From Utricularia gibba (lineage: Eukaryota > Plantae > Magnoliophyta): a stretch of DNA of 64,000 bases. The position numbers and the translations under genes are program-made. The stretch's first letter is position 1, and each line of letters opens with the position of its first letter. Shown here piece by piece: positions 13,201-25,400 of this stretch. The DNA is taken from contig NEEC01000002.1 of the NCBI GenBank assembly GCA_002189035.1, positions 3,100,001 through 3,164,000 on the forward strand, in the 5' to 3' direction. The notes under the pieces were generated by a model. The model saw only the letters and a program-made list of their open reading frames with translations. It had not been told where the DNA came from and searched no databases.

Positions 13201-14049
13201 AAAAGGTATTAAATAAAAAAACATGAAATGAGGTATTTATTCAATACTTTTTTAAATTACAATATTTTAATATTGTTTTTTTTTTTGTAGAGGATATTGT
13301 GAAAAATTGCCCCATGTTACGTGATGTAGTATTGTTTTCTATTTTTTTTAATGGTATACATCAATTTTTCAAAACTCCATGTCTTTCAATACGCTCTTGC
13401 TTTGGTATGCATTCTTTTGGGTTACTGATTTCAAAATCCCGGGGAGTTGATTTAACTAATTGTCTACTTTTTCAAAATGTTGATTTAGAAAGTGAACCTC
13501 CGCTCCCAAATGAATGAATTAGAAATTTGATCATATGTTAGAAAGTGTGTGAGAAAATTAATCATACCTAATATAATTTTTTTAATTTAATGTGTATGAG
13601 AGAATGTACGGATGACCATTTTTCTAAATAACCGTTACACAGACAAGGGTAATACTTACGTAGCACCAATCCATTTACTCTGAGATTGTTCACCTGTTCA
13701 TGCGCAGGTAACACTTCTGCCCTTGTTTGCTAGCAGAAGTGGTTTAATTCCATTGTTTTATCAAGATTGTTCACCTGTTCATTTATGTTCCTTTACGCAG
13801 TAGCATTGTGTGTGGATTCGTTCTTCTAATGGAGTATCAAATTTTTTGATGCAATGCATTGATCAAAGAGAGGAGTGTCACAGAAAACCCAGATCAAAGA
13901 AGACGACCCTACGAAATCTAACCCTGGAAATCCAGGCCCAGTTACAAAAAGCAGTAGCATTTGCATGATCAAACTCCTGGTGGTGATTGCGCTGAAAATC
14001 TTGAGGCCACCTCAGGGGATCATGCCAGTTAGGAATGCTACTATCATTG

Positions 14050-16194
14050 CTATTGACGCAAGGCTGATGCAAGCAATAAAGCAATGAGTATGTTGAGTAT
14101 GCAGAATTGCTCGCTTTGAGATAACAGCAAACGGCTGCTGTTGGATGAGTGTGTGGAGTTGGACGACGGTGCAATGAAGGTTGTATTTCCAGTCGAGCCA
14201 TTGAATCCGCTGCAAAGAAGCAGGAGTAGTGTTAGATCACTCATGGCAGGAAGCCTTATTGCTTTGAACATTGCTCAGTTCATGCTTACCTCCCAGGGAA
14301 GTTACAGGAACCATGACCTGAAATGAAAGGGAAAAAGCTTGTGAAGAAGGAATCATGTGATGAATCAGTTTCAGGAATTTATTGCTGCGGATTCAACAAG
14401 TGCGGAATCGGATCTCTTTATTTGTATGACACTCGTCAGAAACTGAAAACATACCTGGATTAGTTGTGGTGATGGTGGCTACACCGTTGAAGCTACAAGT
14501 TCCATCAGCCATAGCCATTCGATGATAATATGCGTCAAATGCAAAAGATGCATGGGCAACCACGGTATCCGGTTCATAGCATGGTTGTCCCTGCAACAGA
14601 GGAGAGCAATCCACTTTTCCAGGTCCACAGGCCCAATCTAAGGCAGCCTGCAGCATCTTTGGATCAGCTCCATCTCTTGCAACACAATAAGTTTGTCTTG
14701 TAGTATCATTTGCCAGTACAGTCCCGGCCTCCGTCAATTGTAAGGTATAAACCGGCGCCCCATTAGCTTCAAACAGACCCCAGTTCTTCTCGGAAGTCGG
14801 TCCAGGTCGAAGGTCTTCATTGTAAAGCTCATATATAAAAGTATTGATAGCAATGCCGGGATGTTTTGGAGTCCCAGTGCCATTGATAACATGTCTGATG
14901 AGATTGCTGTTGTAGGTGTTGGCATTCTCAAGAGTAGCATCAGGTTCAGATGAATCTCCCTTCGAGGGCCAGCCTGATTCCATCACCACAACGGGGATAT
15001 TCGTGAAGTTGAGATACAGCATTGCAAAATAAGCTGCATCAACTAAAGCATCAAAGACATTGGTATAATGCAGAAGTGTGTTAGGATCCACTGCTTCCTT
15101 GTTTGGAAGAAGAGGGCGGAATAAAGCATAGTCCAACGGAATAGCGCCATTTGCTTGCACATAATCATAATATGGATACACGTTCAGCATAAGGTATGAG
15201 CTCGTAGACTGCAGGAAACTAAGCAAGGGGATCATGACTGGATTCAGAGTGCGGTTAAAGAAAGCTTGCGATGGTGGAAAAGAATCAAGTATCACTGAGG
15301 ATGAATGAGGAGAGGAAACCTTAATCTTGGAGTCAAGATTCGCAGCTTTCAGTGCAGAGTGGATAAAAGTAATGGCAGCAACAAGAACCGGAGCTGCATT
15401 AGGTAGAGTCGTAAGAACCTCCGAACCAACAGCTATAGCAGTAATGTTGGTGGCAGGATAATAAGCAAGAATATTTCTGGCAACCCAGTTAGAAGCAGTG
15501 GTGTTGGACTGCCCAATGCCGAGAAGTTCATCGTTTGGCACGGAGACAACAACACGAATCCCAGTATTAGCAAGGGCTTGCAGCATCCCCCGGTCTGCAT
15601 CATAAAGCCTAACATGGTGAAGTTGTTGAGCCCTCAGAAGCGCTACTACTTGGGTAGGATTGGGCATGTCTGAGAGATCTGTTCCAATGTTCACACCAAG
15701 GAACGCAGCTGGCAACGAAAAAAACATTCATGAATGACCTCATCACAGACAAAACATGATGCTGGATCACTTCCAAAAAGGGAGCTATGCTACACCAACC
15801 AATCAACAACATACATTTCCAACTACGATGCCAACGTGCAATAAAGAAACAGTGAACATGCTTTCTGTGCACCTTGTTATGGTAGAGATTTAACTTCCGC
15901 TGCGCATTTTGCACATTGTTATGGTAAAGAGTTAACTTCAGCTGTGCATTTTGGGAATAAGTACCCAACGAAATAGGATGGTTGGCATCAAAAAAAAAAT
16001 CAAGTGGGTGCAACTGAAGACCTTTCCTTTTTTTTTCAAGGGTTTAGTGCATGATGCACGAGCCCAGCAAAAAAAACGAGATTGAACTTGCAAGCACAAC
16101 TCCAACTCAAATAAACCAACAATTAATGCCTACCTTCCTCAGCAAAACTATAAGGCGAGAGCAGCAAGCACAGAACAAGAAACCAGGGACCCAT
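14050..16194 (-). CDS. Glucan endo-1,3-beta-glucosidase (GH17 + X8/CBM43 + GPI signal), about 500 aa; exons 16194-16134, 15708-14455, 14317-14290, 14209-14050
   Basis: Signal peptide MGPWFLVLCLLLSPYSFAEE; AFLGVNIG; VMESGWPS; FIYELYNED and EKNWGLF; X8 domain YCVA...LDWACG...DCSPL; hydrophobic C-terminus. All introns are GT-AG with consistent phases; exons total 1503 nt. Confidence 0.92.
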
Positions 16195-17519
16195 TCTCCT
16201 CCGTTTCTTCGGCACGCGAGCTCCGAGCTGGGGAAAACCCGAAAGACGAAGAAGAACCCTTGGCTAAAACCCAGAAAACCCCATGGAGGAAAAATGCTCA
16301 TTTATTAAGAAGGCAGAGAGAAAATTGTAGTACGACAGACTGGGTGGCAGCTTTATCATCGCCATGAGTTGTTTCTTGAATCCAGATTTCTCTGTTACCT
16401 TTTCTTGGATTCCATGATTTGGACGGATCAGTTTGGCAGCTATTTTCTTGGACCCACTCTATTTAGAACGAGCCCACCTGCTTCTAAATGCGCCCATTTG
16501 AGAAAAGGCCCATCCATCTGGAACACCGAATTCCGAAACTCTGGAGGCCTCAAGGCATTTAAAATGGTTAGATATATTAAGATTTTGTCACTCACATGCA
16601 GAAGTCAACAGTTTTTCTCTAGAACTGAACTTGGTTCATCCTCTTGGACGTGCTGATCCTATCATACCCTCACTCATCTTCACTATTGCGGCTGCACATC
16701 TATTTTAATATTGTAAATAACTTTCATTCGTATATTCGAAAAACAATAAATCACAAGATCATATTCTATGGAAACACCTACCCAACTTTGTCGGAAGTAG
16801 AAGTTGCTCCACCTCCAAAATATCGATCAAAATCAATTGTTTTAGTTTCAACATTTTCCCTTCTGATCCTTTTGGGATCATTGAAGGGGTCAAATTCCTT
16901 TTCAATACATGATTAACTTTTTTTTAGTATTTAATCAAATTTTTACATCAATATTTTGTGTTTATTTTTTACACATAAATTCACATAAATACGGTTTCCT
17001 TGAAAAAAATGCATTTAATCATATTTTATATTAAAAATTTAAATATAATATAGTCCAATACAATTATATTACAATATTTATATTAACCAATAAGCTAAAA
17101 CATAACCAATTAAGTGTATGTAAAAATTATGCAATAAAACATAGAATAGCTTCATAAGCAATATTATTTGAATTTAAATTTCAAAGTTTTGAAAACACAT
17201 TTATGAAAATATTTGAAATTGAAATTAATTAACTTTTGATCTTCTCTTCAAATGTATATGAGTTAAGTTGTTTGAAAATGATTTTGATGCACTCCATCCA
17301 CTCTCATGAATGGGTGAATTAAATTATCTTTTGTATATTTTTGCAAGAGTCTTTATTTGTTAATATTTTGAAACATAAAAACTTTTATCTTCATTAAATT
17401 CCTTGTACATCTAGTACAAAAACAAAGTTAACAACTATTATAATATTGTAAATAATATGATACATTATAAGATAATTCTTACCTGAATAGCATGCGAACA
17501 TGAAATTGTTTTTTGCTGC

Positions 17520-18778
17520 CATTTTCCCCAAGTACATGTCAAATCTATCAAACAAACAATATAGTAATACTTGATTTTTTAGAACTTTTGTTTCGAAATA
17601 TCACAGTGGCATTCATTTTTTCTGTATTATATTTCTTGACTCTATAGTTGGTTGATTTATCATCATATTTTCTATGAATATGGAGTAAATAATTGGCACT
17701 TCCATGAGTAATTCTATCTTCGCTTTACTATTGATGAAAATCTTAACATGTCACTCGAAAGCAATCTCAACAAAAGCTTTTGGGAGTAATCTTCGTGCCC
17801 TAACGTAAAACAGTGTTTAATAATTCAGAGATACTTGTAGCATGCATACCACATCTGCAAAAATAAAAATTATAAGGTTAATATAGTAATAATATGAATA
17901 AAATTATTCCATTTTGAGTTACCTTATGCCATTATCATACGATAATGTCCATTGCTTTGGATCGATTTTATGAAGATACTCAAATGGTGTTGCATTTCTA
18001 TTTCTGATTTTTTGCAAGGCAACCTCCCAAAATAAATTAACCAAGTGTTTTGACATGAAATTGGACATGAAATTGGCAAGTAAATGTTGTATAGAAAATA
18101 CGTAATCTCTCATAGATTCATTGAAAGCAAATATATCCTTAATTGCATATAACAATTCTGTAGCATGATCAGTTATTAGACAAATATAACGTCCTTTTAC
18201 GATATGCTTAATCAAAAAGTTAAAAAACCAATAGCATGATTCATAAGATTATTTCTCAATGATAGCAAATGCAAGTGGAATTATAGTGCGATTGCCATCA
18301 AATATGCATGCTATTAGAAGGTGATTTTTATATCCTTCATGTGGATGTGTTCCATCAACAGTAATAATCGGTCGACAATACCGAAAAGTGTGGACACATG
18401 ATCTAAAGCCCAAAATACATAGTGTAGGATTGGTTTGCCATCATGAAAACGAAGATTCTCATATTCGTATCTATAATAAAATAAATATATTAGTAAACAT
18501 ACATCAATACTTGTAAAATAATAAAAATGAATTATTTGGATTAGTTTCCTTAACAGATAACAAATAGGAAGAGAGTTTTGTCAACACTTCATCCGAAGTG
18601 TCATATGTATGCATGATAGCACGCCTAACAGTAGTCTATCCGAGCTTATATGATATCTCACAATGATAAGCTTCATCAATATCATCAATGACATAAAAAA
18701 CGCGTATCATTGGATTCGTTTTAACCTTGCTCATGATGTGAAGAGACACAAATTCGCTAGTAATGATATAATTTCTAG
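17520..18778 (-). mobile_element. Mutator (MuDR/MULE) transposase pseudogene
   Basis: Minus-strand fragments FRYCRPIITVDGTH, DGNRTIIPLAFAIIE, CLITDH...IQHLLANFM...QWTLSYDNG and SEFVS...NPMIRV...ISYK match MULE transposase motifs; several stops and an intron-like AT-rich gap. Ends at the LTR remnant at 18779. Confidence 0.75.
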
Positions 18779-18882
18779 CAGATTTCTGACAGATGTCGAT
18801 CTGTCGTCTGACGTTATCCCTCGGGATCTCATTTGGCAGCCTTTTAGGAACCGATTATATCCGACCGGTTTATCCCCTATCA
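18779..18882 (-). repeat. Truncated 3' LTR of copy 1 (104 bp)
   Basis: Near-identical to the last ~105 bp of 27931-28467 (+ view ending CCCCTATCA); followed by the PPT complement. Confidence 0.9.
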
Positions 18883-19389
18883 TTCAGCCCCTCTGATTTG
18901 CCGATATTGGCCCTTTCGGGATAAATCGGGGAATCAGAATCACCACAATGCCGACTTCCAAGGTGCCGCTTTGTTTGCATGTGCCACAAACCGCTTTGTT
19001 CCGATATCTCTGCCACGCGTTGGTTCATAAACACGCCACGTTTTTTCCCGCCCATCCGGGGTACCTGAAACGTCGTGTCGCTTTGTCTCCCGACTTCTTC
19101 CATTATAAATATCCGCACCCCTTGTCATTTCTCCCCTTTGCTTTCTTCGTTCACTCACGAGATTCCAGCGCCCTTTGCACTCCGCCGTTCTTGTCGCCGT
19201 GTTATCCGCCGGAGATTACAGATTTCTCAGGTATCCGCTCCTTCTCCGTGTCTTTTTGCATCCCTACGGTAGCTTAACTCTCCTTTAGATCTTCGAGAAC
19301 TTTGATGGGTAGTTACCGCCCTCTTGAGTCTTTTTCCTTTCTGACTTCCGCCTCGTCCTAGGGTTTGGGCTTCTTTCGATTTTTCGAAA

Positions 19390-21642
19390 ATGGGTAGAAG
19401 ATCTAGTGAACTTGACATCCCATCTCTGTGCATTCGGTATTCGATTCCTGATGAATATCAGATTTCTCCTGCTCGGGATGCCGAAATCCCTTGGGGGATT
19501 GGCGAGGCCCCTCTGCCTCCATCCAGTCTTCCGATTCCATTAGCCTATTTCGAGAGCGGTTTACGCTTCCCACTCCATCCTTTAATAGTCCGCTTTCTCT
19601 CCACCTTTGCGATTCCACTTTACTGCCTCGCCCCGAATTCTATATTCTGCTTCACCACCTTCCTTTTCTATTCGGCCGGTATGGACCCGGTTATGACTCT
19701 GGTAGACTTCCTCCATCTCTTCAAGATTGCTGTGCGTAAAGCGAAGTCCCCGATGGATGGACGATCTCATTTTCGATTCCGCCGGTTTGAAGATAACCCC
19801 AACTTTGTCGTTAAAGCCCCCGATACCCATCATGATTGGTGGTCCTCTTTTTTTTGAGTAGCTCCTCCTTCGGGTTTTCGGTGGAACTTCCCAATCGATC
19901 CTTCAACTCCTTTCAGGGTTAAAATCTTCGGTGCGTATCGGTCTTCTTCCGAATCTCGCGAAGTTCTTTACGAGAGGCTCAGCCGAGGCTCAGTTCGGTA
20001 CGAATCTCGTGCCTTGATGTTCTCGGGTGCGTCGCTGAAAAAATCAGGTATTATCAGTCGCTCTCGAGACCCCCACTGGCCCGATATTATTTCTTCCGGT
20101 GGCACCGATTCGAGAAATCTTCATCTTAGCCCATCTCCATCCTTTCCTCTTGTTTCGGCCTCATCCCCGATTCCCCACCTGTTCAAACCGGGGCCCCAAG
20201 AAAAAGAAGAGGGTTAAGGCGATTGCGCATAAACCCTCAAAGAGGCAAAGAGGTAGTTGGGTTTAGCTTCCCCGAGTCTTAGAATCGGCATTATGTCTTA
20301 TTGCTTTTCCTACTTTCGTCTTCAGCTGAAGAGATGGCTCGAAGAAGCTCCCTAGAAGATTCGGTAATGGCGCAGTTCTCCGCCGAGATGCAGAGGATGT
20401 AGGAACCCGAGATGCCTTCCCCTGCACAGGTTTATCTTATTCCTGATGGCCCGCTGCTAAGGGTATTTGGTTCTAACTTTTTAACTTTCTTTCCAGGTCG
20501 ATTCGCCCTCAGCTCACTCAGATGTTGCTGGTCACCTCCCAGAGGGCCAAGTGGTTGAGGTTTTCGGGACTCGGGAACCAACTCCTTCTCCATCTGGAAA
20601 AGGAAAAGAAAGGCTCCCGCCTTCACCGATATCCGATAATGATCTGGCTCCGGACATTGGACGGATCTCGGCTGGGGCTTCTACTTCGGTCCCCCCTATG
20701 GACATAGGGGGGATTTCATCCCTCCGACCCGGGTGAGGGAGGATCCTGCCTTTCCCCCTTCTTCCTTCCCCTTAGGGCTACGAAAAGCCTTAGAAGAGGC
20801 CACTCCCAACCTTGTGGGAATTCAACCGAAGACTGTACTCAAAGGGATTTGGTAGGTATTCCCTCTTCCGTCTTCTTTTCTTCTTTTCTCTCTCAGGTAA
20901 GCAAATATATCTGATTCCTCGCTCGTTGATTTCATCATAGGCTTTGACCTTTGGATGGGGGATGGCCAAAGAGATGGGATCCCATTCTGAGGAGGTTTCT
21001 CGGCTTCAAGCTCAAATCATGGCTCAAGATGCCAAGATAAAGTCGTTAGGGGAAGAAGGGAGCGCATTGAGGTGCATACTCGGGAAGCGTACCCACCGAG
21101 AAGAGGAGTTGCAGACCCTGGTTAATGAAATGGGGAAGGCAATTGATGACGCCAACTCCGAGAAAGAAGGCTTCAAAGTGCAACTCGAGGAGACTGAGGC
21201 GGAGTTGAAACAAACCAAGGATCGCGTATCGGCCCTGGAAGCAGAGCTACACAACCAGGAGGTATCTCGCGGAAGACTTTTGGAGGATTTCGTGAACTCG
21301 GCCTGCTTTTCCGAATTATCGGATGTCTATGCTGGAGACTTAATCGGCCTCCTTCTATATCGCCAAAGACGACAATTCAGTCGGGAGTTTGGGCTTTCAA
21401 TTATGGATCCGCGATTCGACAGGATAAATCCCCTGACAAAGGATGAGAACATGCTAGACGTTATCGCAGATACGTTCCAGGCCCCGGAATTCGGGTTTGG
21501 AGCTGATCGGGAGCGGTTGATGGCGCTGATTCGGGCGAGGGTAGGGCGAGAGAATGATGCCAAATTGAGAGCAAGGATGGAACGTCATATCGGTTCCTCT
21601 ACCAATCCTCCTGTTAATCCCCGATCTCCTCCTGCACCTTAA
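19390..21642 (+). pseudogene. Spliced antisense accessory gene of copy 1 (Transposase_28-like domain, NLS, coiled coil); exons 19390-20252, 20326-20429, 20497-20855, 20941-21642
   Basis: FESGLRFPLHPLIVRFL...LAPNSIF motif; three GT-AG introns in consistent phases; heptad-rich last exon. Exon structure matches copy 2. Has nonsense codons and two 1-nt frameshifts. Confidence 0.8.
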
Positions 21643-22435
21643 TGACTTTTTTGACTTAGTGTATTTTCCCCCTGCTGTGGGGTTGCTTGAATATTTTTGA
21701 TATCCCGGTTCGGGATTTCCCTCTAATTTACACTCTTTTTTGCGCATCACTTTTGCCTTTGATGATATCATATTTCGGGGTAGCCCCCAGTCGGTTTGTT
21801 ATGTCTATTACGTACTTAGACTTGGAAGGTTCGCCTATGCTTTTGTGACCCGGGGGAGGGTGTCTCTTCGCCAACCCTTTGGTTTGGGCTTTTTGATTCC
21901 GGTTTGCCTTAGTATTTCCTCATGTGGGCTGAACCGCCGCTAGGGAAGTAGGTCGGAACCCCTCATGGTTGAGCGACCTCCCCAATCCGAAAGGGCCCTC
22001 TTCTGGCCGAATCCCATTGTTTTGAAAATGGGTGGATTTGCTTTGGGTGCTCCTGTCGTCTCGAGATTTCGACAGTAAGGTCAATACTTAAGGGCTTTTC
22101 AGGGCTTACGCGTGCGGTTTACGGGAACCGGTGCCCGAATTGTACCAGGGCTTATCCTTGCTACTGATGCCTAGGTTGATGGGCCACATATATATATCGG
22201 GGGAGACCCCGAGTTAATTTGCTGTATCCCACGGAGGACGCCGATTTAGAAGATTCGCCTGGGCTTATGTTACTTGGCCAGAGCTTTAGATCTTTGATGG
22301 TTTGCCTGGGCTTACGCGATTCGGCCAGGGCTTGTGTTTTGTTTTCCCATCTCCATTTCGGAGGAATTTATAGGTGCATGACTGTTTGGGGGAAGATAAT
22401 GCCGAATTCTGCAACAGAGATTGATATTGAGTCGG

Positions 22436-25400
22436 TTAAGCGTAGAACTTACTTAGATGCGATGCATTCCACGACCTTGGGAGTTCCACGCCATCTAATT
22501 GTTCCAGCGATATGCTCCTTTTCCGATTACCCTTGAAATCCGATAAGGGCCTTCCCAGTTGCGGTCTAATTTCCCGACGTATATTTGTGGTTGGATGCTC
22601 CGGAGCACCAAATCTCCCTCGGAGAATTCCCTTGGGGATATCGAGTTGTTGTAACTCTTCTCCGTTCTTCTCTGATAAGCCTCTAGTCGGCTATAGATGC
22701 TTCGTTGCTTCTCTTCCAACAGCTCCAATTCCAGTTTTCGGAGTTCAGTATTCTCTTCTTCGTTATAATGCTCTACCCGGTAGCTCTTCAAGGTCAGTTC
22801 GATAGGGCATATGGCTTCTGAACCGTAAACCAATAAGAATGGGGACTCTTCCGTGGTGGTTCGAGGGTAGTGCGATATGACCACAGTACCTCATCTTAGC
22901 GATCTGCCCACGACCCCCCAAAATCTTCGAGCTTAGTCTTCATACCTAGTCGGAGCGTTCGGTTCGTTACCTCTGTGAGGCCATTGCTCTGCGGGTGATA
23001 TACCGATGTGAAGTTGTGCTTGACCGAATACTTATCCAGGAATGCATCCATTTTTCCTCCGGCGAATTGAGTTCCGTTATCAGTCACTAGTTCTTGAGGG
23101 ATTCCGAACCGGATGAAGATGTTTTTCCACAGAAATCGGATAACGGTCTCCTCTGAGATCTTTGCCACGGCCTCAGCCTCTACCCACTTAGAAAAATACT
23201 CGACACCCACGATGACGAATTTCCTTTGACCCGAGGTGTGGGGTAAAGGCCCCATTATATCCACCCCCCATCGGTCGAAGGGGCAGGAGAGTGGAGAGAG
23301 GTTAGTTTGCTTACTGGTTTTCTCGGTATACTTGCATGGTATTGGCACACTTTGCACTTCTTCACTATATTGGTAATATCCTGCTTCATAGTTGGCCAGT
23401 AGTACCCGGTTCTTAGAACTTTCCGGCATAAGGATCGTATTCCAATATGGCTGCCGCATTCCCCCTCATGTAGATCGGTTATGAGTTCTTGAGAATGCTT
23501 TGCCCCGATGCACCTCAATAAGGGTCCATCTAAGGATTTGCGATAGAGAATTCCATTCACTAACGTATACCTCTTCACTCTAGTCTCTAACTGTCGGGCA
23601 TTCGGCTTATCAGATGAGGTTTTCCCATTTTGTAAATACCGGATGTAGGGCATCGTCCAGTCATCAAGGGGACTCAGTTGTGGAGAGATATCGTTTCCCG
23701 GTTGCTGTGTGATATGATTCACGGCTCGTAGGATCACCGAAGGTTGGTCCCGCAACCGAATTGTCACACTTCCTTCCCTTAACTCGTGAAACCCTGCTGC
23801 GAATCGGGTGAGGCTATCTGCGGACCCATTTTTTTCACGTGCTACGTGCGACAGGGTGAACTCCTTGAAGGTTTTAGCCAAGTCCTTCACCTGGACACGA
23901 TACAGAGCCATGAGGGAGTCATGAGTTTCGTATTCTCCCGAAAACTGCCCTTGCAAAAGTCGCGAATCGGTGTAAACGTCGAGTTCTGCCACTCCCAGCT
24001 CCTTGGCAATTTTCATTCCCTCAATCAGGGCTTCATATTCGGCCACATTGTTGGAGGCAGGGAATAAGAATTTCACCGTAATATAAATATGCTCTCCTTC
24101 TCGGGTCTTAATGTCTATTCCTCCTCCGGCGCCATTGTATGTTGAGCCATCCACATGCATAGCCCATCGGTCGTTGGCTTCCATGAAACGGTCTATAGGC
24201 CTGGTCATTTCGACCACAAAATCAGCAAGAGGTTGGGCCTTGATTGCTGTTCTCGACTTAAACTCAATATCCATTGTACTTAATTCAACTGCCCATTTGG
24301 CAACCCTTCCGGAAATCTCTGGACGAGACAGGATGTTCTTTAGAGGCTGATTGGTGAATACCACAATGTGCGGATCTTAGAAATATGACCTCAATTTGGT
24401 GGCTGCCATCTTCAGAGCCAAGATGAATTTCTCTGTCACCATATAGTGGGTTTCGGCCGGTAACAAAACTTTGCTTACATAATACACCGGCAAGTGATTA
24501 TTTTCCGAGATGGTTGTCAAGACTGCGCTGACTGCGACGGGCGATATAGACAGATATAGTCCTAAGGGCTCCCCTACTTTCGGAGCCACAAGAAGCGGGG
24601 GTGATGAGAGGTATTCCTTGAGTTTCTCAAAAGCAATCTGGCAATCCTCGTTCCATTCTAAAGCGCTTCCTTTTCGCAAGACCTTGAAGAAGGATGCCGA
24701 CTTATCGGCTGACCGAGATATGAAACGGCTGAGGGCAGCCAATTTACCCGTGAGGCTCTGGTATTCCTTGATTGTCCTCGGGGGTTGCATTTCGCATATT
24801 GCCTTAATCTTCTCGGAGTCAGCCTCGATTCCTCTCTCCGATACGTAATACCCAAGGAATTTTCCACTTTGCACCCCGAAACAACATTTCAATGGGTTGA
24901 GCTTTAACCCGTATGACCGACATAAAGAGAAACACGAATCCAAATACGCTAAATGTTCTTCTTCATTCATAGATTTTACGATCATATCGCCCACATACAC
25001 CTCCATTGAGGTATCGATTTCAGAAGAGAATATTTTATTTACCAACCTCTGGTAAGTCGCCCAGCATTCTTCAATCCGAAAGGCATTGCCACGTAGCAGT
25101 AAACTCCATCCTTAGTTTTCGGTTGGTCTTTCTCGGCACGAAAATTTGATGATACCCTGAATAGGCATCCATGGTGCTCAGAAATCGGGATCCGGCAATG
25201 GCGTCCACTAGCTTGTCGATCTTTGGCAAAGGATAAGGGTCCCTTTCGCAGCAGGCGTTAAGGTCGGTGAAGTCAATGCACATCCTCCATTTTCCCCCGG
25301 GCTTCGGGACGACGACCAGGTTGGCTACCCATTCGGAGTACTGGATCTCCTTCACATAACCAGCTTCCAAGAGCTCTCTTGTTTTTTCTTTGATAATTCG

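Noticed and set aside
13683-13782. 19-bp direct repeat AGATTGTTCACCTGTTCAT near the glucanase 3' end
   Set aside because: A single local duplication with no array or spacer structure.
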